This document shows positions 18,394 through 26,080 of a stretch of 41,147 bases of DNA, piece after piece. Both the position numbers and the translations under genes were made by a program. Below the pieces are notes generated by a model. The model was given only the letters and a program-made list of their open reading frames with translations, had not been told where the DNA came from and ran no database searches. Origin of the DNA: a virus; the IMG/VR virus record IMGVR_UViG_3300045988_064331, positions 1 to 41,147 of that record, one strand, 5' to 3'. Each line of letters starts with the position of its first letter. Position 1 is the stretch's first letter.

Positions 18394-19263
18394 TCAGCAG
18401 GTCAATATGAGTTTCTGCCATGCTTTCTGCATGTCCTTGAGGACGCTCAGATCAGGCTTGAGGTAATACCGTGCGGTGGTTTGGATGTCGGAGTGTCCGA
18501 GCTGCCGTGCGACCACTGAGATGTCGGCGCCGGCGGCAATCGCCAGTGTTCCGAAGGTGTGGCGCAGGTTGCGTGGCGGCACGCAGGGGAGTTTCATCCG
18601 CCGGCACCATGCCATGTAGTGTGAGGCGACCTGGTTAGCGTTCAGGTCTCCGGCCAGCCGTCCGCTCCTGCCGTGTTTCAACTGCGCGAGCCTTTTGACT
18701 GCGAATCGGGGAAGTGCCACGGTTCGTCTGCTCTGGTCGGTTTTCGGGTCGGTGACCGTCTCATGGCCGGCGACCCATTGTACGGAACGTTTGACGGTGA
18801 CCGTGCCTCGCTTCAAGTCCAGGTCGGACCATTCGATGCCGACGGACTCGCATCGTCTCAATCCGGCGCATACGGAGACCAGCAGCCACGCCTCCAACGC
18901 GTGGCCATAGAAGCCTTTCAGCAGGCGGCGCACCTGGCGTGCGTCCAATACCCGCGGCTCGTAACGGCGGAGATGCGGCAAACGGATCTCCCTTCTGGTC
19001 ACGTCATTGTCGGCCAAACCGCGTTTGAACGCGAGGCGCAGTATCGCGCGGAACACCGCGTAGGCCTTGCGTGCCGCTCCCGGCTTGTCGAAGGAGTCCA
19101 ACCATGATTCGATGTCCGCCACGCTGATCGCGTCCATGTCCCTTCCGCTCCATTGCGGGAGGATATGGCAGTTCAGGGTGCTTTCGTAGCCTACTTTGGT
19201 GCATTCGCGGAGTTTCGCACATGAGGGTTTCCAAACGGTGGTTGCGAATGTGTCGAAAAGCAT
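18394..19263 (-). CDS. Shufflon tyrosine recombinase (XerC/D-size, Rin/Rci-like)
   Basis: C-terminal catalytic motifs NLRHTFGTLAIAAGADISVVARQLGHSDIQTTARYYL. AAAGGA RBS before the ATG at 19263 (the track uses GTG 19296). No arm-binding N-domain. Confidence 0.85.
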   Translation of the reverse strand: MLFDTFATTVWKPSCAKLRECTKVGYESTLNCHILPQWSGRDMDAISVADIESWLDSFDKPGAARKAYAVFRAILRLAFKRGLADNDVTRREIRLPHLRRYEPRVLDARQVRRLLKGFYGHALEAWLLVSVCAGLRRCESVGIEWSDLDLKRGTVTVKRSVQWVAGHETVTDPKTDQSRRTVALPRFAVKRLAQLKHGRSGRLAGDLNANQVASHYMAWCRRMKLPCVPPRNLRHTFGTLAIAAGADISVVARQLGHSDIQTTARYYLKPDLSVLKDMQKAWQKLILTC

Positions 19264-19375
19264 TGGTTCCTTTCCAATTCTGTTGAATAATCCCACACAT
19301 CGTCGTGTTGTTGTTGGACGGGCGTGTGTGTGGGTTTTCTCATTGTTCCATATCCCTGTTTTTTAGGAGGATATT

Positions 19376-20233
19376 TTGACTCAGATCAAATTCGATTTCG
19401 GATATCCAAGCGCGGATGGCATAGCGGACTTGGCTGGCGAGAAGATTCATGTGGTTCCGACCGAACGGTTCAGGAGCGGCAGTCGTATCGTCGTACGCGA
19501 CTCGTTCGAGGTGCGTTTGGACGAGCATGGCACGGCGACCGTCACCGTTCCGCCGACCGACAACACCTTCTGCTACGAGGTCACCATCGGACTGGACACG
19601 GACCTGTGGAAGTTCCGACGCTACGTGACCGTGCCTGACAGCGCGACGGCCGTGGAGTTCGCGGACCTGGTCGATGTGGACTCGGATACTTTGGCTCCGG
19701 CGCTTAACAATGGTGCGGCCTTGACCTACCTGCTGGCGTCCAGCTTGCAGGAGGCGCAGGCCATGTCGAAGGCGAATCCTGGTCAGATGGTGTTTTATCC
19801 GGAGGGTCAGGCTAAGACTGTCGCTTCGCAGATTCTGGAGGATTTGACTGATGCGCGTGCCGTGGTGGAGTCGCAGTCGGCTGCGGCTGCTCAGGCGGCT
19901 AATGCGGCGCAGGCTTCGGCTGCCGGTGCGCAGGAGGCGAGCGTGCAGGCTGCGGATGCCGTGCAGTCTGTGTCGGAGCAGACGGCTCAGGTGTCGGCCA
20001 ACGCCGCCGCGGTGCAGTCTGTCGCCGATAGCATTAGCGAGTCCAAGGCCGTGGTGGAATCCCATGCAAATGAGGCTCTGACGGCGATTGACGAGGCGGT
20101 GAAGAGCGTGCAGGACAAGGCTTCGGATGCGACCGGCGATGACAAGGCCGAGACCACGGGCGAATCCACGCCCGATGCCACGGAAAAGGCCGACACCACG
20201 GATGCCGCAGCCGACGGTTCGCAGGAGGCCTGA
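19376..20233 (+). CDS. Tail fibre-associated structural protein with Ala/Gln-rich coiled coil
   Basis: AGGAGG 5 nt before the TTG at 19376. The C-terminal half is AAAAQAANAAQASAAGAQEASVQAADAVQS-type repeats. Confidence 0.5.
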   Translation: MTQIKFDFGYPSADGIADLAGEKIHVVPTERFRSGSRIVVRDSFEVRLDEHGTATVTVPPTDNTFCYEVTIGLDTDLWKFRRYVTVPDSATAVEFADLVDVDSDTLAPALNNGAALTYLLASSLQEAQAMSKANPGQMVFYPEGQAKTVASQILEDLTDARAVVESQSAAAAQAANAAQASAAGAQEASVQAADAVQSVSEQTAQVSANAAAVQSVADSISESKAVVESHANEALTAIDEAVKSVQDKASDATGDDKAETTGESTPDATEKADTTDAAADGSQEA

Positions 20234-20235
20234 CA

Positions 20236-20865
20236 ATGGGCGTGCTATTGAACGGCGCGAGAGTGGGCGAACCCGTCATCGACGTGGACGCGGACGGCCA
20301 GCCGGTCTTCTGGAACGCTCTCTACAACGGCGTGCAGGTATGGCCGCCCGCCGCCGAAACGCTCGTGGACGTATGGCTCAAACCGGTGGACTTCCAGGCT
20401 CAGCCGCTTTACGCCGACCATCCGGAAGTCAGTGTGGCCGCTCAGAAGGTCTATGCCGACGGTCACATCGAGGATGCCAGTCTGACGCTCACCATCGCCG
20501 ATCCCGCGGTGGCATCGATCTCGAACGGCACGGTGAGCTTCGTTAGCGACGCTTCGAATTTCCTCACCGTCCTCAAAAAGGACGCTTTCAACGCCTGTCA
20601 CATGTCGATTGGCGAAGGCGGCAAGGCTTTGGGCGCCAAGCAGATCCTCGTCCAGCCCGACCGGCCTTCGACCGCTCCCACTGGCAGCTTGTGGTGCCGC
20701 ACCGAGAAACTGCATAACGGGCTGAAATACTACACCGGCGCAGTCGGCGACGATGCGAACGTGATGTGCTTCCTGCTCGACCGTATCCGCGAGGTGTGGC
20801 GCAGGGAATGGGATGGTTGGAAGCTTTTGACGGGAAAGGAATTGGAGAATCATGCAGAGGATTAA
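20236..20865 (+). CDS. Hypothetical structural protein
   Basis: Coding-like composition within the tail fibre block. Confidence 0.4.
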   Translation: MGVLLNGARVGEPVIDVDADGQPVFWNALYNGVQVWPPAAETLVDVWLKPVDFQAQPLYADHPEVSVAAQKVYADGHIEDASLTLTIADPAVASISNGTVSFVSDASNFLTVLKKDAFNACHMSIGEGGKALGAKQILVQPDRPSTAPTGSLWCRTEKLHNGLKYYTGAVGDDANVMCFLLDRIREVWRREWDGWKLLTGKELENHAED

Positions 20866-21239
20866 CTTGTATCCGTCACCATTGACACCATTGGTCAATG
20901 ATGGGACAGGCGACATCACGCACGGCGATTATGATGTCGTAACCGACAATGTTGAGGCTGGCACTTATGCCTTCGCGGCTGACATCCAAAACAGCAAGAC
21001 TCAAACCGGCATTAATGTAATGCTGTTCGATTCTGGCTGGAACCCCCTTTTCTCTTCCGACAAGATTGGTCACGTCCAGACGACTTTCACACTCAAAAAG
21101 TCAGACCGTGTTCGCATTCGGCCAAACCAGACCGGTGTGACAATCAGCAATGTCATCGTGGAGCGCGCCGACACGTACGCTCTCGCTTCGGGGGGGGGGG
21201 CTTCCAAGCTTCTTCACCGCGCAGACCGCACCGTACTAG
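20852..21239 (+). pseudogene. Fibre-module paralogue 1, out of frame at a G11 tract (as sequenced, the ORF runs on to 21685)
   Basis: After ...ADTYALASGGG the sequenced frame turns Arg-rich. Removing one G gives GLPSFFTAQTAPY-stop, homologous to the C-terminus of paralogue 3 (GLPLVFAAEDHPY-stop). Confidence 0.65.
21190..21200 (+). repeat. Homopolymeric G11 tract
   Basis: tcg + gggggggggg counted directly in the sequence. Confidence 0.95.
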
Positions 21240-21263
21240 TCCCGTCAAGGCGGGTGGTCGGCG

Positions 21264-21659
21264 ATGATCGTGCGGAATCCGGCGAAAACCACCAAGACCA
21301 TCCTGTCGAACGGCAATTCATTCCCCGGCACCGTGGAAGGGCAGACCTACACGGCGACCGAGGACAATCAGCTCTTGCGGTTGTGGGGCAACATCGTCCT
21401 TCCACCGCTGACGGGCGGATACATATGTTCGGCTGTCATCGAGGATGTGCAGGGGCGTGTGGAGCCGACGAGCGACGGTGTCACGTTCAGCGGCGGTCTG
21501 GCGATCACGGAGAACAAAAACCTGTGGACCAAAGGATTGCTCATGGGAGCCGGTGCGAAGGTCCTGCTCGCATGCCGAGGAATCTTCTCCGCCGACGATT
21601 GGACTGTCCTCCAGGCGGTCGGCGTCAACTGCTTCGACAAGGATACGGCAATCTACTAG
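21264..21659 (+). CDS. Fibre-module paralogue 2
   Basis: 131 aa ending ...VGVNCFDKDTAIY-stop; same size class and C-terminal F...Y-stop signature as paralogues 1 and 3. Confidence 0.5.
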   Translation: MIVRNPAKTTKTILSNGNSFPGTVEGQTYTATEDNQLLRLWGNIVLPPLTGGYICSAVIEDVQGRVEPTSDGVTFSGGLAITENKNLWTKGLLMGAGAKVLLACRGIFSADDWTVLQAVGVNCFDKDTAIY

Positions 21660-21681
21660 CCCTCGGTCTGGGGGTGGCCGC

Positions 21682-22047
21682 GTGAGAATCAAGAATCTCT
21701 ACAATCCACCGACCCTGAAGGACCGTGAGGCGGTCGCCCCGTGGGTTCCTACTGGTATGACCGCCTCGTCGAAGATCGCCGACGAGGGCTGTGAGATAAC
21801 CGTCACCGGCGAAGATACTGGCTGGTTGTATCCGCCAAAACCACAGCCTGATGGACTGGCTAACGTCGTGTGGCAGCAGAATGACGGCTCGTATCCCATC
21901 GGCATCAGGAACAACTTGACTGTGCCGATTCCTGTTGGCGTGACGGTGTTGACCCGCCTGTGTGGTTTCGATGACGGTTCGCTCATAACCCTGCTGCAAA
22001 ATGCCGGATTGCCGCTCGTGTTCGCCGCCGAGGACCACCCGTATTAA
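21682..22047 (+). CDS. Fibre-module paralogue 3
   Basis: GTG start after GGGGGTGG. The N-terminus VRIKNLYNPPTL parallels MQRINLYPSPLTPL of paralogue 1. Confidence 0.5.
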   Translation: MRIKNLYNPPTLKDREAVAPWVPTGMTASSKIADEGCEITVTGEDTGWLYPPKPQPDGLANVVWQQNDGSYPIGIRNNLTVPIPVGVTVLTRLCGFDDGSLITLLQNAGLPLVFAAEDHPY

Positions 22048-22054
22048 ACAAACC

Positions 22055-22079
22055 AAAGCCCCGCCACGTGCGGGGCTTT
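22055..22079 (+). terminator. Hairpin/terminator between the tail and lysis modules
   Basis: AAAGCCCCGC-cacgt-GCGGGGCTTT. Confidence 0.55.
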
Positions 22080-22097
22080 CCTGTAAGGAGATGTAAT

Positions 22098-22487
22098 GTG
22101 CTGCAGAATTTTCTAGCCGGTTTCGGGGGAGTGGGTGGCGCGTGCGCGCTCATCACCTTGCTGCTCAAGCTCTGGCCGGGCGCGTTGGACGCGTTGGCGA
22201 CCGGCCTGTATTCGCACGTGCAGCCGGAACGCCTGCCATACGATTCGCCGCTCTCGCAGCATTTCACCAAGACCCGACAGCTCGGCGAACGTACCGAGAA
22301 ATTCGACGAGCGCATGGACGAACTCTGCCGCGACACGATCAAAAACACGTTGATCTCACTGATGTACGGCGACCGCACGACCGACCATAGCGAGGCCGTC
22401 CGGTACGAGTTGGCGAAGCTTGAAAAATTGGACGCGCAATGCTGGATCGTCAACGCCGCCGAAAAATACTTGGAGGACCGGCAATGA
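22098..22487 (+). CDS. Lysis-module membrane protein (one N-terminal TM segment)
   Basis: AAGGAG 7 nt before the GTG at 22098; TM segment FLAGFGGVGGACALITLLLKLW. Confidence 0.45.
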   Translation: MLQNFLAGFGGVGGACALITLLLKLWPGALDALATGLYSHVQPERLPYDSPLSQHFTKTRQLGERTEKFDERMDELCRDTIKNTLISLMYGDRTTDHSEAVRYELAKLEKLDAQCWIVNAAEKYLEDRQ

Positions 22488-22711
22488 CGGCCAGCATGCT
22501 CGCTTTGACGTTCGCGGCTGTCATGTTCGTCGCGCTGCTGCTTGCGGTGGCGTGGCTGCTGTGGCGCGGTCGCGACGTGCCGGTCTGGCTCACCTGTGTC
22601 GTGACGCTGCTTTTGGCCGCGTTCACGCTCGTCTGCGTCGTCCTGCTCATGCTGCCGCTCCTGCGACTGCTGGAGATGGCCGTCATGATATGGACGCTCA
22701 TCTTCGCGTAA
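22484..22711 (+). CDS. Holin-like protein (three predicted TM segments, 75 aa)
   Basis: ATGA start/stop overlap, very hydrophobic, directly upstream of the endolysin. Confidence 0.6.
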   Translation: MTASMLALTFAAVMFVALLLAVAWLLWRGRDVPVWLTCVVTLLLAAFTLVCVVLLMLPLLRLLEMAVMIWTLIFA

Positions 22712-22735
22712 AACCATCAAAAAAGGAGGAAACAT

Positions 22736-23521
22736 ATGAAATCATGGGAGAATCTGGAGGCTGACGAGAATCTCATCCTCTCCACGCACATGACCAAGGG
22801 ACGCCAGGGATGCAAGGTCGACAAGATCGTCCTGCACCATAATGGCGGCAACCTGACCGGCAAGGGCTGCTACGACGTGTGGCAGACCCGTGAAGCTTCC
22901 GCGCACTATCAGGTGGCGGCGGACGGCAGGATCACGCAGCTCGTCTGGGATACCGATACGGCATGGCATTCGGGTGACTGGAATGCGAACCTCACGTCCA
23001 TCGGCGTGGAGCATGCGGACATTTCGGCCGACCCGTGGATGTTGAGCGAGGCGACGTTGGACAACGGCGCGCACCTCGTGGCCGCGCTCTGCAAGCATTA
23101 CGGCCTCGGACGTCCTCAGTGGGGCGTCAACGTGTTCCCGCACAGCCATTTCTCCGCGACCGCCTGCCCCGCATCCATCGCCGGAAGCCAGAACGCCGCC
23201 TACATGGCTCGCGCCCAGGCATGGTACGACAGGATGACCGGCGCGACTGCGCCGACGCAGTCCGCCACGGCATCGTCCGCCGCAAACGTGCTGCCGGGCA
23301 CGTACCGTGTGGCCGTGGACGGGCTCAACGTGCGCGACCGTCCGAGTGTTTCCGGCAATGTGGTCGCCACCTATTCCAACGGACAGACCGTGAACCTCGA
23401 TCATTGGGGAACGGTCGCGGACGGCTACATCTGGGGCCGCTACACGGCTTATAGCGGAGCCGTGCGCTACATCGCGCTGGCACCGGAGGACAAGTCAGCC
23501 TGGTATCTCGTCAAAGCCTGA
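22736..23521 (+). CDS. Endolysin: N-acetylmuramoyl-L-alanine amidase (amidase_2/PGRP) with C-terminal SH3b-like domain
   Basis: IVLHHNGG...AHYQV...TAWHSGDWNANLTSIGVEH...HSHFSATACP, plus the SH3-like GTYRVAVDGLNVRDRPSVSGNVVATY. Confidence 0.85.
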   Translation: MKSWENLEADENLILSTHMTKGRQGCKVDKIVLHHNGGNLTGKGCYDVWQTREASAHYQVAADGRITQLVWDTDTAWHSGDWNANLTSIGVEHADISADPWMLSEATLDNGAHLVAALCKHYGLGRPQWGVNVFPHSHFSATACPASIAGSQNAAYMARAQAWYDRMTGATAPTQSATASSAANVLPGTYRVAVDGLNVRDRPSVSGNVVATYSNGQTVNLDHWGTVADGYIWGRYTAYSGAVRYIALAPEDKSAWYLVKA

Positions 23522-23538
23522 AAGAAAGGTGGAATTAA

Positions 23539-23820
23539 ATGGCAGAACATGCAGCACCATCCACTTTGGAGACCACCATCGCCAATCTCACCGACGAACG
23601 CGAGGACGGCACCGACAACACGCAGCCCGACAGCGCGTACACGCCCGTATTCTCGAAGCAGGTGCGTACCGTCGTCTACGTGTTGGGCCTGATCGCTTCG
23701 TGCGTCGGCCTTGGCTTCATGACCTTCGGTGACGCTGCGGTCGGCGGCTACATCTCGACCGTGGCCGGCTTCATCGCCAGCGGTCTTGGCGTCGCCTACA
23801 ACCCGCTGCGCAACGCGTGA
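23539..23820 (+). CDS. Holin-like / lysis accessory membrane protein (two TM segments)
   Basis: Acidic N-terminus followed by VVYVLGLIASCVGLGFMTF and GGYISTVAGFIASGLGVAY. Confidence 0.5.
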   Translation: MAEHAAPSTLETTIANLTDEREDGTDNTQPDSAYTPVFSKQVRTVVYVLGLIASCVGLGFMTFGDAAVGGYISTVAGFIASGLGVAYNPLRNA

Positions 23821-23932
23821 TTAATTTTCTGGCGTGAGACTCAAACTCGCGCCGGAAACTCAAACTCGGGTGTGGAAAAATTTGCGGCACTGTAGTGTCC
23901 GTGGAATTTTTTACACCCTGTTTTTAAATTTA

Positions 23933-23967
23933 CCCCTTCTCCATCATGGAGGAGGGGCTTTATTTTT
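23933..23967 (+). terminator. Rho-independent terminator at the end of the lysis operon, 13 nt before the methyltransferase ATG
   Basis: CCCCTTCTCC-atcat-GGAGGAGGGG followed by CTTTATTTTT. Confidence 0.7.
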
Positions 23968-23979
23968 AGGACTTTCAAA

Positions 23980-24759
23980 ATGGGCATCAGACAACAGACG
24001 ATTGACGATTACGGCGCGTTCGTGGAGAAATTCAAACCGAAGAAGACCACGGACGACTGCTACACCCCCCCCGCAGTGTATGAGACGATAAAGGACTGGG
24101 CATGCCGTGAGTTTGGCATCGACCCCAGCAAGGTGGTGCGCCCGTTCTATCCGGGCGGCGACTACGAGAGTTTTGACTATTCTGGTGGCAAGGTGGTGGT
24201 GGACAATCCACCTTTCTCGATTCTGTCGAAGATATGCACGTTCTACCGTGACAACCATATTCCTTTCTTCTTGTTCGCACCGTATCTCACGATCTTCTCC
24301 AGCACGTCGCGCAACGGAGCGCGCATGATCGTCACGGATTCGACCATCGAATACGCGAACGGCGCGCAGGTCAACACCAGCTTCGTGACGAGTTTCGGCG
24401 ATGATCTGATCCGCACAGCGCCGGATCTGGCCAACGCGATAGACGAGACCGTGAAGCGAGTCAGGAAAGAGCAGCGCAGGCATCCGCCGAAATACGCGTA
24501 TCCGCGTGAGTTGCTTACCGTGAGCAGGCTCGGGAAGATCGGCAAGCAGGTCGAGTTCTGCGTCAGGGCTTCGGATGTGGCGTTTACACGGGCGCTTGAT
24601 TCGCAGAAGGCCGTGAAGAAGGCCATCTTCGGCGGCGGCTATCTGATGAGCGAAGCCAAGGCCGCGGAACTGAAGGCCGCGGAACTGAAGGCCGCGGAGG
24701 ACGTGACCATATGGCCGCTCAGCGAAAACGAGAAGCGGATCATCGAAAACCTCGCATGA
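23980..24759 (+). CDS. Orphan N6-adenine DNA methyltransferase (phage Dam-family-like)
   Basis: TTDDCYTPP near the N-terminus and the catalytic-type motif VVDNPPFS. Lower GC than the flanks, and no restriction partner is present. Confidence 0.6.
   Translation: MGIRQQTIDDYGAFVEKFKPKKTTDDCYTPPAVYETIKDWACREFGIDPSKVVRPFYPGGDYESFDYSGGKVVVDNPPFSILSKICTFYRDNHIPFFLFAPYLTIFSSTSRNGARMIVTDSTIEYANGAQVNTSFVTSFGDDLIRTAPDLANAIDETVKRVRKEQRRHPPKYAYPRELLTVSRLGKIGKQVEFCVRASDVAFTRALDSQKAVKKAIFGGGYLMSEAKAAELKAAELKAAEDVTIWPLSENEKRIIENLA
24658..24698 (+). repeat. 15-bp tandem repeat (2.7 copies) inside the methyltransferase 3' end
   Basis: AAGGCCGCGGAACTG x2 plus AAGGCCGCGGA, encoding AKAAELKAAELKAAE. Confidence 0.85.
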
Positions 24760-24812
24760 AAATTCGTGCGGTTTGATTCCTGTTGGAATATTTTGCACCC
24801 TTATGCAACATC

Positions 24813-24856
24813 GCCCCTCTCTCAGCATTGCTGGGGGAGGGGCTTTTCTTGTTATT
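24813..24856 (+). terminator. Terminator after the methyltransferase
   Basis: GCCCCTCTCTCAGC-att-GCTGGGGGAGGGGC followed by TTTTCTTGTTATT. Confidence 0.65.
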
Positions 24857-25204
24857 CGGCGTGTTTGCGTGGTCGTCCGCCGCCGTCGCGGCGGCCCGGT
24901 GGTTTTGTGCGAATACCGTCTGGATCACGCTCACGGCGAGACGAATGTCCGCCGTCATGGGGTATCGTTGCAATCGAACTTGAGACCCGGACCTGCTTTG
25001 CTGGTGGGCAGGGTTTCGGGTTCGAAGCGTGTGGCTGGCTGCCGCAGGCATCCGATGGCGAGTCGATGCGCCATCAGCGAGAGCTGGATGTCTCGCCCAA
25101 CGGCTGGGCCAGACGGTTGAGACCAACCGGAGCCGTGACCCTTCCCGCGCAAACGGGACGCTAGTCATGCAGAAGACTGTAAAAAGATCAGCCACACGGC
25201 TTCG

Positions 25205-25240
25205 GAGGGGCGCTTGGTCGGTGCCCCTCTTTTAATTTTC
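25205..25240 (+). terminator. Plus-strand intrinsic terminator with no recognisable upstream ORF
   Basis: GAGGGGC-gcttggtcggt-GCCCCTC followed by TTTTAATTTT. Confidence 0.6.
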
Positions 25241-25256
25241 TGGGAGGATTCCGGGC

Positions 25257-25811
25257 GTGAACGTGACCGAGGCGAAGCGGCGGATGCTTGGCGAGGCCCG
25301 AAAGGCAGCCCGACTATATGCCAATCTCGTCGGAACGATCACGAGAATCGCGTGCGACGACGGGATGACGCTGGACATCCAATGGAAGGCCTCGAACTTC
25401 GCCCACCTATGCGGCCTGGAATACTACGCCGACGACAACCGCACCCGCAGACTTCCCGCCCGACGCCTGTACACTGACCTCCTGTCCGGCCATGGGATCT
25501 CGGTGAAAAGGGTCGCGCCCACCGGAGACGCGCGATGGCTCGCGAGGAAGACCGACGTGATAGCCAGCGCATTCGCACTGAACGACGCATCCATGGTGGT
25601 CGAATCAGGCAACAGCCGGATACGCCTCTACATGGGAAACACAGTCTGGTGCATCGGCCTCGGAAGAAGCGGAGAGGACGGCCCCTACTATCCGCAATCC
25701 CTACGCAAGGGGAACGCGGCCAAGGAAAAAATGCCAGGAACCCAGATCCACCATGTAGTCTCGATCAAATACCTGAACACGGCACAGTGCCACCCATCGA
25801 TCCAAGACTGA
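25257..25811 (+). CDS. PBECR4-like (Barnase/EndoU/RelE-fold nuclease-like) moron protein
   Basis: GGGAGGA RBS before the GTG at 25257. The pattern NFAHLCGL...RRLYTDLLSG..IS...K.DVIASAF.L...V......IRLYMG...CIGL......YYPQSL matches my recollection of the PBECR4 family. Not verified by search. Confidence 0.35.
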   Translation: MNVTEAKRRMLGEARKAARLYANLVGTITRIACDDGMTLDIQWKASNFAHLCGLEYYADDNRTRRLPARRLYTDLLSGHGISVKRVAPTGDARWLARKTDVIASAFALNDASMVVESGNSRIRLYMGNTVWCIGLGRSGEDGPYYPQSLRKGNAAKEKMPGTQIHHVVSIKYLNTAQCHPSIQD

Positions 25812-25836
25812 CAACATCCAACCTCCAACAACAAAA

Positions 25837-25870
25837 CCGCCCCGGCGCTCGCGGATGAGCGCCGGGGCGG
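25837..25870 (-). terminator. Strong hairpin between convergent genes; U-tract only on the minus strand
   Basis: CCGCCCCGGCGCTC-gcggat-GAGCGCCGGGGCGG. The minus strand continues TTTTGTTGTT. Confidence 0.7.
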
Positions 25871-25873
25871 ACG

Positions 25874-26080
25874 TCACTCCGCCGGATGCTTGCGCGGCCT
25901 GCCACCGCCGACTCCGCGTCCGGGGCGTTGCGCGTTCCATTGGTCGATGGTCTCTGGCAGCCAGCCGCGCGTGCGTCCGATGGTGGCGTCTGGTTGTGGT
26001 AGCTTGTAGGCGCTGACGGCGGCGGTGCTGATGCCGAGGCGCTTGGCCACGTCTGTGACGCTCAGGTATTCGACGGTCAT
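25874..26080 (-). CDS. Excisionase-like / MerR-type HTH DNA-binding protein
   Basis: MTVEYLSVTDVAKRLGISTAAVSAY with a basic tail. ATGA overlap with the upstream small ORF (alternative ATG at 26092). Confidence 0.6.
   Translation of the reverse strand: MTVEYLSVTDVAKRLGISTAAVSAYKLPQPDATIGRTRGWLPETIDQWNAQRPGRGVGGGRPRKHPAE

Noticed and set aside
19292-19340. The CCCACACA...TGTGTGGG hairpin plus TTTTCT as a terminator upstream of gene 19376.
   Set aside because: The loop is ~27 nt and no plus-strand gene ends upstream of it. It more likely belongs to the divergent promoter region of the recombinase and 19376, so it is not annotated.
21240-21685. The 3' 450 nt of the 277-aa ORF 20852-21685, considered as genuine coding sequence.
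   Set aside because: The sequence turns Arg-rich immediately after the G11 tract and fully overlaps the well-behaved ORF 21264-21659. The alternative frame gives a C-terminus homologous to the paralogue.
24740-25195. 151-aa minus-strand ORF and overlapping 65-aa ORF as real genes (for example a toxin-antitoxin pair with an ATGA overlap at 24955-24958).
   Set aside because: Neither candidate start has an SD sequence. The 151-aa frame runs through the methyltransferase terminator hairpin, and the composition is Arg/Ala/Pro-rich. It is treated as a possible decayed remnant in the findings.
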